Shown: positions 21,717 through 28,336 of the stretch, piece after piece
How the letters are laid out: every line of letters begins with the position of its first letter
Position numbering within the stretch: position 1 is the stretch's first letter
Source of the DNA: Chthoniobacteraceae bacterium
Lineage (GTDB): Bacteria > Verrucomicrobiota > Verrucomicrobiia > Chthoniobacterales > Chthoniobacteraceae
Assembly (NCBI GenBank): GCA_040081625.1
Contig: JBEBGD010000071.1
Span: 1-28,336 of the forward strand
Reading direction: 5' to 3'
DNA length: 28,336 nucleotides
The notes under the pieces: generated by a model
What the model was told of the DNA's origin: nothing
Seen by the model: only the letters and a program-made list of their open reading frames with translations
Database searches by the model: none
Position numbers and translations under genes: made by a program

Positions 21717-21838
21717 TCATGCAGCCTGCTTTCTGCAAAAAGCAGGTGCTTTTTGTTCACTGCAAGCCGGCGCCTCCCTAGGGCCAACAGAGTAAGTCCT
21801 CTGAAAGGCCGCGAAACAGGCCAAAAACCGCCCCCCGG

Positions 21839-23053
21839 CTAAAGTTCCCCGCGGAAGGCGCGGTGCTGGAGGGTGGCGAAGAGCGCGTCCAGCTCCGCCA
21901 GCGACGCGCGCTGCGCCGTCTTCAGCGCCTCCACCGCCGTCACTCGCCGGGCGAATTCGCGCTGCAAGGGGATGGGGGGAATTAGCAATGGGAAGCCGCG
22001 CAGTTGCGTCATGTTGATCGAGGCGATGCCCGTGGTCTGCTTCGCCGATTTGAGGAAGTATCGCTTGCCGCGCGGGCCGCTGATGAGCCAGTTCGCGAAC
22101 AGCGGCGCGATTCGGTCTGACGTGAGCCTCACGCGGAAGATGTGGTTCTGGTGGATGCACTCGGAAAGTTCGCCGTTCCAAAGCGTGCCTCGCCCAAGTT
22201 TGTCGGGGTCGCCACCTTCCGTAAGCACGAGGTCGTTGGGCTGGAGTTGATATCGTGCGATCTCCTTCTCGGTTGCCTCAATGCTCTTGATGGCGGCGAG
22301 ATTGAGTGCGCGATCTTGCACGTTGGCGACCGCCAGATAGGGCACCTCGCGAACCTTCTCCCCGTTGAGCTTTCGCCCTTTCGTGATGCCAGAAACAATG
22401 TCGGCCATGTCTCCGAGTAATGTGGTTTCGGGCCAGCCTTTCGGATTCGACACGGGGTCGCCGAAGAGGTCGAGGAAGAGGGATTGGGTGAGGGAGTCGA
22501 GTTGGGCGAGGGCGGCGCGGCGCTTGGCCCGCAACGCCTCCGCCCGGTCCAGCACCTCCGCGATCCGCCGCTGCTCCGCCAGCGGCGGCAGGGGGAACTC
22601 GTAGCGCGCGAGGTCTTGCCCTGTGAAATGCTTGATGGTCGCGCCGGTAAGGTAGTCGCCGAGCCGCCCGTTTTGATGGTCGGCCATCAAGCGATGGACA
22701 AAGAAACGATTGTGCAGCCGAGGGCCGGGACGAACACGATGGATTGCCTTTTGGAATTTCAGGTCGGGCAAGCGTCCGTCCCAGATGGCAGCGCGTCCGG
22801 CTTCGCCGCCTTCGCAAATCACGATGTCGCCAGCTCTCAGGCCATAGCGTTCGTGCTCGTGGTCCTCGAACGGCATCAACTGCAAATCGGAGGTGTCCAC
22901 GTCGAACCAGCGGACGTTCGGATTGCGGAGATACGGCATCAAGCGCCCTTTGTTCTTCTTCGCATCGAGCATCTTTCCGAGGCACTGCTCCGCTACGTCC
23001 GCGAGCTTCACTTCGGGCCATTCGCCATCCGTGTTTTGGCGTTCGGACCTCAC
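21839..23053 (-). CDS. hsdS: Type I restriction-modification specificity subunit (404 aa, two TRDs)
   Basis: WPEVKLADV start; conserved regions PLPPLAEQRRIAEVLD...FLDLFGDP and IPPIPLQREF...LQHRAFRGEL. Start placed at GTG 23053, overlapping the upstream TGA, not at 23410. Confidence 0.93.
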   Translation of the reverse strand: MRSERQNTDGEWPEVKLADVAEQCLGKMLDAKKNKGRLMPYLRNPNVRWFDVDTSDLQLMPFEDHEHERYGLRAGDIVICEGGEAGRAAIWDGRLPDLKFQKAIHRVRPGPRLHNRFFVHRLMADHQNGRLGDYLTGATIKHFTGQDLARYEFPLPPLAEQRRIAEVLDRAEALRAKRRAALAQLDSLTQSLFLDLFGDPVSNPKGWPETTLLGDMADIVSGITKGRKLNGEKVREVPYLAVANVQDRALNLAAIKSIEATEKEIARYQLQPNDLVLTEGGDPDKLGRGTLWNGELSECIHQNHIFRVRLTSDRIAPLFANWLISGPRGKRYFLKSAKQTTGIASINMTQLRGFPLLIPPIPLQREFARRVTAVEALKTAQRASLAELDALFATLQHRAFRGEL

Positions 23054-23145
23054 TTCAGCATCCCCTCCAGGTCCTTCATGCCCTGCTGAATCTCCGCCTC
23101 CAGTTGGCCGAGGGCTTTGAGGATTTCGCCCGGCGCGGCGCTCAT
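23050..23145 (-). CDS. 31-aa mini-ORF homologous to the HsdM C-terminal helix (remnant or functional peptide)
   Basis: MSAAPGEILKALGQLEAEIQQGMKDLEGMLK*, 16/26 identical to the HsdM C-terminus PREILASLADLEKEIVQGMSELETML. ATGA overlap with the DUF5615 stop and GTGA overlap with the hsdS start. Confidence 0.7.
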   Translation of the reverse strand: MSAAPGEILKALGQLEAEIQQGMKDLEGMLK

Positions 23146-23472
23146 GGGAGGAGGACGATGCGGTGCCCGGCGGCGAAGGATCCCTCGATGCCCGGCCACG
23201 CAGCCTCAAAGCGGGCGAGCAACGCTGCGGTGCGGCAGTTACCCATGCGCACCCATAGAAACTGCCCGGAGTCGCCGGGCCGGTTGGCGAGGTCGAAGAA
23301 ATCTTCGTCCTTTGACACGACGATCCGCATCTCCGCGCCTGCGCGCGACCAAATCTCCGCATCCGGCGTGGTGTCCAGGCCAAGATCGAGCACATGAACG
23401 GCGTCCGCACCGTGCGCGGTCATCCAGCGGGCGAGCACAGCCGGCAGTTGATTTATCCACGAGAAACCTCAC
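23142..23472 (-). pseudogene. DUF5615-type PIN-domain putative toxin, frameshifted by one extra A after codon 6
   Basis: GTG AGG TTT CTC GTG GAT AAA T CAA CTG CCG: removing one A (23452-23454 run) gives MRFLVDNQLPAVLARWMTAHGADAVHVLDLGL...DAEIW...IVVSKDEDF (109 aa). The span is 331 nt (3n+1). Could be a sequencing error. Confidence 0.8.
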
Positions 23473-23693
23473 ACGAGGGGCAGGACCACATGGTCCGTCT
23501 GCCGTGCAGCGTAGAGGAGCGCAGCGGTGATGTCGTCAGGCTCGAGGAACGCATAGTCGCGAAGAATCTCTTCATGGGACGCACCGGCGGCGAGAAGCTC
23601 GATCAAATCCATCACGCGAAAGCGAGTGCCGCGGATGCAGGGGCGGCCGCCACATTTGCCGGGTTCGACGGTGATGCGATCGAGTGGTTTCAT
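23469..23693 (-). CDS. DUF433-family protein (putative antitoxin)
   Basis: RITVEPGKCGGRPCIRGTR...LLAAGASHEEILRDYAFLEPDDITAALLYAA is the DUF433 signature. The stop overlaps the toxin start (GTGA). Confidence 0.93.
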   Translation of the reverse strand: MKPLDRITVEPGKCGGRPCIRGTRFRVMDLIELLAAGASHEEILRDYAFLEPDDITAALLYAARQTDHVVLPLV

Positions 23694-23702
23694 GGGGGCA
23701 GG

Positions 23703-25283
23703 TTACTTCGCGGGGGCGGGTTTTGCGAGCATCGTTTCCAGTTCGCTCATGCCCTGGACGATCTCTTTTTCCAAGTCCGCAAGGCTGGCGAGGATTTCGC
23801 GCGGCGGGCGGTGCGCGACTTCGGCGTGGACGACTTCCTTGTAGCGGTTGAGCGAGAGGTCGTAATTCTGAGTGCGGATTTCGGAGAGCGGAATGCGGAA
23901 AGATTGCGCGGTTCGCGGGCGGTCTTCCTCTTCTTTCCGCACTCCGCTTTCCGCGTTCCGCAATCTGGCCCATCGGGCCAAAATGTCGGGGAGGTTGTTC
24001 TTCGCGTGGTCGTCGGCGGTGAGCGCGGTCCGGGGCACTGGGCCGAGCTTTTCCGGCGGGAGGAGTTCGGTGCGTTTGTCGTCGAGCGACATGCCGTCGG
24101 CGTCCACGTCGTAGAACCAGACGTGGTCCGTGCCGCCGGAGTTGGTCCTGGTGAAGAGGAGGATGGCGGTGGAGACGCCGGCGTAGGGCTTGAACACGCC
24201 GCCGGGCAGGGAGATGACGGCGTCGAGTTTCTGGTCCTCGACGAGGATGCGGCGCAGGGTCTTGTGCGCGTTGGACGAGCCGAAGAGGACGCCGTCGGGC
24301 ACGATGACGGCGGCGCGTCCGCCGGGCTTGAGCAGGCGCAGGAAGAGGGCGAGGAAGAGCAGTTCGGTCTTCTTGGTCTTGACGATTTGCTGGAGGTCCT
24401 TGGCGCAGTTCTCGTAGTCGAGCGACCCGGCGAAGGGCGGATTGGCGAGGACGAGGGTGTATTTTTCCTCCTCGCCCGCGTGGTCCTGCGCGAGGGAGTC
24501 GCGGTAGCGGATGTCGGGATTTTCCACGCCGTGCAGGAGCATGTTCATGCTGCCGATGCGGAGCATGGTGTTGTCGAAGTCGAAGCCGTGGAAGAGGTGG
24601 TGGTGGAAGTGTTCCTTGAGCTTCGTGTCGCGGAGGATTTCCGGGTGATGGTCGCGGAGGTATTCGCCCGCCGCCACGAGGAAGCCGCCCGTGCCGCACG
24701 CGGGGTCGCAGATGACATCCCTGGCCGTGGGCGCGGTGAGTTCGACCATGAGCTGGATGATGTGGCGCGGGGTGCGGAACTGGCCGTTCTGCCCGGCGCT
24801 GGCGATCTTGCCGAGCATGTATTCGTAGAGGTCGCCCTTGGTGTCGCGGTCCTCCATCGGCACGGCGTCAATCATGTCCACAACCTTGGCGAGCAGCGCG
24901 GGCGTGGGGATGGTGAAGCGCGCGTCCTTCATGTGGTGCGCGTAGGTGGAGCCGTCGCCGCCGAGCGTGCGCAGGAAGGGGAAGACGTGGTCGTTGACGA
25001 CGGCGAACATTTCCTTGGCCTCGAAATGCTTGAAGCGCGACCAGCGGAGGTCGTCGTAGGGGCGGCCTTTGGGGTCTTTGCCCTCGGGGAAAACGCGGCG
25101 CTCCAGCTTGGACAGCTTCAGGCGCGCGGCTTTGTTTTCCTCGAGCGTGTGAAGGTCGTCGAGGCGCTTGAGGAAGAGCAGGTAAGTGATCTGCTCGATG
25201 ACTTCGAGAGGGTTGGAGATGCCGCCGGTCCAGAAGGCATTCCAAAGGGCATCGATCTTACTGCGGATATCGCCGGAGAGCAT
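23703..25283 (-). CDS. hsdM: Type I restriction-modification N6-adenine methyltransferase subunit M
   Basis: GDLYEYML, GQFRTPRH, motif I DPACGTGGFL, motif IV NPPF, VPDGVLF, YDLSLNRY. Confidence 0.96.
   Translation of the reverse strand: MLSGDIRSKIDALWNAFWTGGISNPLEVIEQITYLLFLKRLDDLHTLEENKAARLKLSKLERRVFPEGKDPKGRPYDDLRWSRFKHFEAKEMFAVVNDHVFPFLRTLGGDGSTYAHHMKDARFTIPTPALLAKVVDMIDAVPMEDRDTKGDLYEYMLGKIASAGQNGQFRTPRHIIQLMVELTAPTARDVICDPACGTGGFLVAAGEYLRDHHPEILRDTKLKEHFHHHLFHGFDFDNTMLRIGSMNMLLHGVENPDIRYRDSLAQDHAGEEEKYTLVLANPPFAGSLDYENCAKDLQQIVKTKKTELLFLALFLRLLKPGGRAAVIVPDGVLFGSSNAHKTLRRILVEDQKLDAVISLPGGVFKPYAGVSTAILLFTRTNSGGTDHVWFYDVDADGMSLDDKRTELLPPEKLGPVPRTALTADDHAKNNLPDILARWARLRNAESGVRKEEEDRPRTAQSFRIPLSEIRTQNYDLSLNRYKEVVHAEVAHRPPREILASLADLEKEIVQGMSELETMLAKPAPAK
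23871..23964. repeat. Inverted pair of heptamer (GCGGAAN-type) tandem tracts inside the hsdM coding sequence
   Basis: Left arm GCGGATT TCGGAGA GCGGAAT GCGGAAA (23874-23901); right arm TTTCCGC ACTCCGC TTTCCGC GTTCCGC (23934-23961). Confidence 0.75.
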
Positions 25284-25395
25284 GGGGCGGCGAGCGTTTC
25301 ACCGGGGCGGGACTCGCGCGAGCGAAAAGGGCGCGTGTGCAGACTTGCCGGGAGGCGCGGCAAGGCCGTTACTGCGCGCCCATTTTCCACACCCG

Positions 25396-27759
25396 ATGAA
25401 AGTCTCGCTCAACTGGCTCCGCGAATACGTCGATCTCCCGCCGACAACTGATGAACTCGTCTCGCTGCTCACGATGGCGGGCGTGGAAGTCGAGGGCGTC
25501 GAGACGACGGGGTGCGCGATCGCGAATGTGATCGTCGCGCAGGTGCGCGAGAGCGTGCAGCATCCGAACGCGGACCGGCTGAGCGTTTGTCAGGTGGATG
25601 ACGGCTCGGGCGCGGCGCGGCAGATCGTGTGCGGGGCGAAGAATTACAAGGTCGGCGACAAGGTGCCGCTCGCGCTGCCGGGCGCGCAGATGGCGCCGGA
25701 TTTTGTGATCAAGGTCGGCAAGCTGCGCGGCGTGGAGTCGCAGGGGATGATGTGCAGCGCGAAGGAACTCGGCATCGCGGAGGATGCGGAGGGGCTTTTG
25801 ATTTTGCCGGAAGACGCAAAGCTCGGCGCGCCGATCGGCGAGCTTTTCCCCGGCGACACTGTGCTCGATCTGGAGATCACGCCGAACCGCGCGGACTTGC
25901 TGAGCTACGCCGGCATCGCGCGCGAAGTGGCGACGCTCACCGGCAAGCCGCTGCGCTCGCCGGTCGCGCTTTCAACGCTCAGCTCTCAACCCTCGACGCT
26001 GTGCGTCGCGGACGCGGCGCTGTGCCCGCTCTACACGCTGCGCACGATCCGCGGGGTGAAGGTGGGGCCATCGCCGGACTGGCTCCGCACGAAACTCGAA
26101 GCGGCGGGACTTCGGTCGATCAACAACGTGGTCGATGTGAGCAACTACGTGCTGCTCGAACTGGGGCATCCGCTGCACGCATTCGACGCGGCGAAGCTCA
26201 CGGGCGATTTGCAGGTGCGCCTCGCGACGGAGGGCGAGGAGTTCCTCGCGCTCGATGGGAAAACGTATCGGCTCGCGACGCGGGATCTCGTCATCGCCGA
26301 TCAACGGCACGCGGTCGCGATCGCGGGCGTGATGGGCGGCGAAGAAACCGGCGTGACGGAAGCGACGACGGACTTGCTGCTCGAGACCGCGGTCTTCCAG
26401 CAGCAGAGCGTCCGGCGCACTGGGCGCACGCTCGGACTGGCGTCGGATTCGAGCTATCGCTTCGAGCGCGGCGTGGATCCCGCGGGTGTCGCGGCTGCGG
26501 CGCAGCGCGCGGTGGAATTGATCGTGCAACTCGCCGGCGGCACGGCGGAGCCCGAGGCGCGCGTCGGCGAACCACGCGCGGCGATCCGCACCGCGCTCGG
26601 CATCGTGCCGCTGCGCGCGGAGCGGCTGCGTCTGCTGCTCGGCATCGATGTGCCGGCGGAGCGCGTGCGGGAGATTCTTTGCGGCTTCGGGCTTCGCGAG
26701 ACTGCGCAGGGCTGGGAGGTGCCGAGCTTCCGCCCGGACCTCACGCGCGAAGCCGATCTCATCGAGGAAATCGCGCGCGTGATCGGGATGAGTGCGATCC
26801 CGTCGCGCGTGCAGGCGCAGTTTTCCGCCGCGAGCGCGAGCGACCGCGCCTACGATCGCGCGATGGAACTGCGCCGAGCCTTCGCTTCGCAAGGCCTGCA
26901 CGAGGCGCGCAGCATCACGCTCGTGCCCGCGGAGCCGCTCGCGATCGGCGCCACGCAGGTCGCGACGGAGCATCTCCAGCGCGTGAAGAACCCGATGATC
27001 GACGACCAGGTCGTGCTGCGGCCGAACCTGCTCCACGGCTTGCTCAGCGCGCTGCGCGAAAACTTGCGCGCCGGCGCGGCGAGCGTGCGGCTCTTCGAGT
27101 TGGGCCGCGTCTTCAGCACGCGCAAGCCGGAGGAATTCCCGCACGCCGCGCTCGTGCTCAGCGGCGCATCGAGCGAGCGGAGCTGGCGCGCTGCGGAAGG
27201 CCGCGCCTACGACCTCTTCGACCTCTACGGGCTGGTTGCGTCCGTGCTCGGCACCGGCGTGAGTTTCGAGAAATCCGCGAACGACACGCTCGCGCTCGCG
27301 CTAGTGGTGAATCTCAACGACAAGCCCGTCGGCTTCGCCGGCCAGCTCTGGCCCGCCGACGCGCGCGCGCTGGATGCGACGGCGCCCGTAGTCTTCGCCG
27401 AGATCGACCTCGCCGCGCTCGCGAAAGCGGAGACGCAATCGCTCGCGAAGAAGTATCGCGACATCCCGCGTTTCCCCGAGACCACGCGCGACATCGCGAT
27501 GCTCGTGCCGCTCGATCTTCCGCACGCACGAGTCGCCGCGACGCTCACCGGCGCTAACGAACCGCTGCTTGCGGGCGTCGAGTTGTTCGATGTCTTCGCC
27601 GACCCGAGCGGCGCGAAGATCCCCGCCGACCGCCGCTCGCTCGCCTACTCGCTCACTTATCGCAGCACCGAGCGCACGCTCACCGCGGACGAAGTGAACG
27701 CCGCACACGCGAAGCTCAAGGACCGACTCAAGGCACTCGGCGCGACGCTGCGCGAGTAA
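25396..27759 (+). CDS. pheT: Phenylalanine--tRNA ligase beta subunit
   Basis: MKVSLNWLREYV, HPNADRLSVC, IVCGAKN, KLRGVESQGMMCS, ITPNRADLLS, SSYRFERGVD, RLFELGRVF, C-terminal FDX-ACB domain SLAYSLTYR. ATG at 25396. Confidence 0.97.
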   Translation: MKVSLNWLREYVDLPPTTDELVSLLTMAGVEVEGVETTGCAIANVIVAQVRESVQHPNADRLSVCQVDDGSGAARQIVCGAKNYKVGDKVPLALPGAQMAPDFVIKVGKLRGVESQGMMCSAKELGIAEDAEGLLILPEDAKLGAPIGELFPGDTVLDLEITPNRADLLSYAGIAREVATLTGKPLRSPVALSTLSSQPSTLCVADAALCPLYTLRTIRGVKVGPSPDWLRTKLEAAGLRSINNVVDVSNYVLLELGHPLHAFDAAKLTGDLQVRLATEGEEFLALDGKTYRLATRDLVIADQRHAVAIAGVMGGEETGVTEATTDLLLETAVFQQQSVRRTGRTLGLASDSSYRFERGVDPAGVAAAAQRAVELIVQLAGGTAEPEARVGEPRAAIRTALGIVPLRAERLRLLLGIDVPAERVREILCGFGLRETAQGWEVPSFRPDLTREADLIEEIARVIGMSAIPSRVQAQFSAASASDRAYDRAMELRRAFASQGLHEARSITLVPAEPLAIGATQVATEHLQRVKNPMIDDQVVLRPNLLHGLLSALRENLRAGAASVRLFELGRVFSTRKPEEFPHAALVLSGASSERSWRAAEGRAYDLFDLYGLVASVLGTGVSFEKSANDTLALALVVNLNDKPVGFAGQLWPADARALDATAPVVFAEIDLAALAKAETQSLAKKYRDIPRFPETTRDIAMLVPLDLPHARVAATLTGANEPLLAGVELFDVFADPSGAKIPADRRSLAYSLTYRSTERTLTADEVNAAHAKLKDRLKALGATLRE
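25969..25996. repeat. Degenerate heptamer tract (CNCTCAA-type) in a pheT interdomain linker
   Basis: CTTTCAA CGCTCAG CTCTCAA CCCTCGA, encoding LSTLSSQPST. Confidence 0.5.
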
Positions 27760-28055
27760 CGGTGCTGACACTATTTTCGGTTCTGCGCGATTGACGTAGC
27801 GGGCACGGCTGCCCAGACTTCGCGCAGTTCTTTCCAAAAGTTTTCGTGCGGCGCGAGCTGCACAACCCATTTGCCCTGCGTTGTTCGACCAAGAAGTGGT
27901 AATCCCGCTCCCGTAATTCAACAAAGACAGGACGCCGGGGTGGGCGTGTTTAGGTCATGCCTCTCTAGGAAGGCCGAGGCCCGTCCCAGGTGTCCACCGT
28001 TGTTCCTCAGGGACATCGGATCTCCACTTCGACGGCAAAGGTGGGGCAAAATCTT

Positions 28056-28106
28056 CAAAGCGCCGCGGGCCCGACGGCTGAGTCGCCCTGCGGCGTTTTG
28101 CTTTTC
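28056..28106 (+). terminator. Possible intrinsic terminator/attenuator hairpin
   Basis: CAAAGCGCCGCGGG...CCTGCGGCGTTTTG stem (with G-U pairs), followed by CTTTTC. The U-tract is short. Confidence 0.35.
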
Positions 28107-28201
28107 AGGAAGACCCGGCCGCCGAAAAAATTTGCGGCTTTGTGTAACGCCGGAGCCCGTTCGCGACAAACAGGAGACGAACCACCAACTCAATACCCGT
28201 C

Positions 28202-28336
28202 ATGAACACCGAACCCAAACTCTTCTCCGCCGCCAAATATCACCGTGAGCACACGCCGTCGTTTGACGATGTGTGTTTTACCCGCCGGCAAATGCTGCTG
28301 CGCTCGGGCATGAGCGTGGGGGCGCTTTCGCTGGCT
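28202..28336 (+). CDS. Partial CDS with twin-arginine (Tat) signal, DUF1501-like N-terminus
   Basis: MNTEPKLFSAAKYHREHTPSFDDVCFTRRQMLLRSGMSVGALSLA, open to the window edge. TRRQML followed by a hydrophobic stretch. The family guess rests on style only. Confidence 0.65.
   Translation, partial: MNTEPKLFSAAKYHREHTPSFDDVCFTRRQMLLRSGMSVGALSLA

Noticed and set aside
20988..21795. Repeat-derived ORFs (CCIGPAS, MQQDAGP, CSRMRGQ, ANAAGCG heptads), e.g. a metallothionein-like or RiPP precursor peptide
   Set aside because: All frames are open simply because the 21-mer lacks stops; no frame has a convincing start context or neighbouring modification enzymes. Not excluded, but unsupported.
23054..23410. 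119-aa N-terminal extension of HsdS in the ORF track
   Set aside because: Overlaps the DUF5615 gene and mini-ORF in other frames; HsdS homology begins after GTG 23053.
25186..25395. N-terminal extension of PheT
   Set aside because: Overlaps hsdM on the opposite strand; the canonical MKVSLNWL start is at 25396.
17840..25395. Integrative element or prophage boundaries around the R-M locus
   Set aside because: No integrase, transposase, tRNA or flanking direct repeats were recognised by eye.
28030..28106. c-di-GMP-I riboswitch suggested by GGCAAA motifs
   Set aside because: The expected GGCAAAC-stem-GNRA-stem-GACGCAAA arrangement is not present.

Overview
High-GC bacterial chromosomal segment; gene style suggests the PVC superphylum, most likely Verrucomicrobia/Chthoniobacter-like (inference). 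Left to right: the 5' part of a very large Gly-rich, probably extracellular protein on the minus strand (missing from the ORF track); tsaD; a tightly packed ~12.8 kb minus-strand run (anti-sigma kinase, STAS anti-anti-sigma, Cache/HAMP PP2C phosphatase, PIN-PhoH, YciH/SUI1, coiled-coil/Hpt-like/REC regulator, 2057-aa TPR protein); trxB; a type I restriction-modification locus between trxB and a stand-alone pheT; and the start of a Tat-signal protein. The R-M locus is the unusual part. Between hsdM and hsdS lie a DUF433/DUF5615 toxin-antitoxin pair with a frameshifted toxin and an unannotated 31-aa mini-ORF that is a diverged second copy of the HsdM C-terminal helix, overlapping its neighbours on both sides. 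Between hsdS and hsdR lie a 12 x 21-bp tandem array and a REP/REPIN-like element. Short 7-bp-periodic repeat tracts occur inside hsdM (as an inverted pair), inside pheT and upstream of trxB. All calls are by eye from motifs; no database searches were run.
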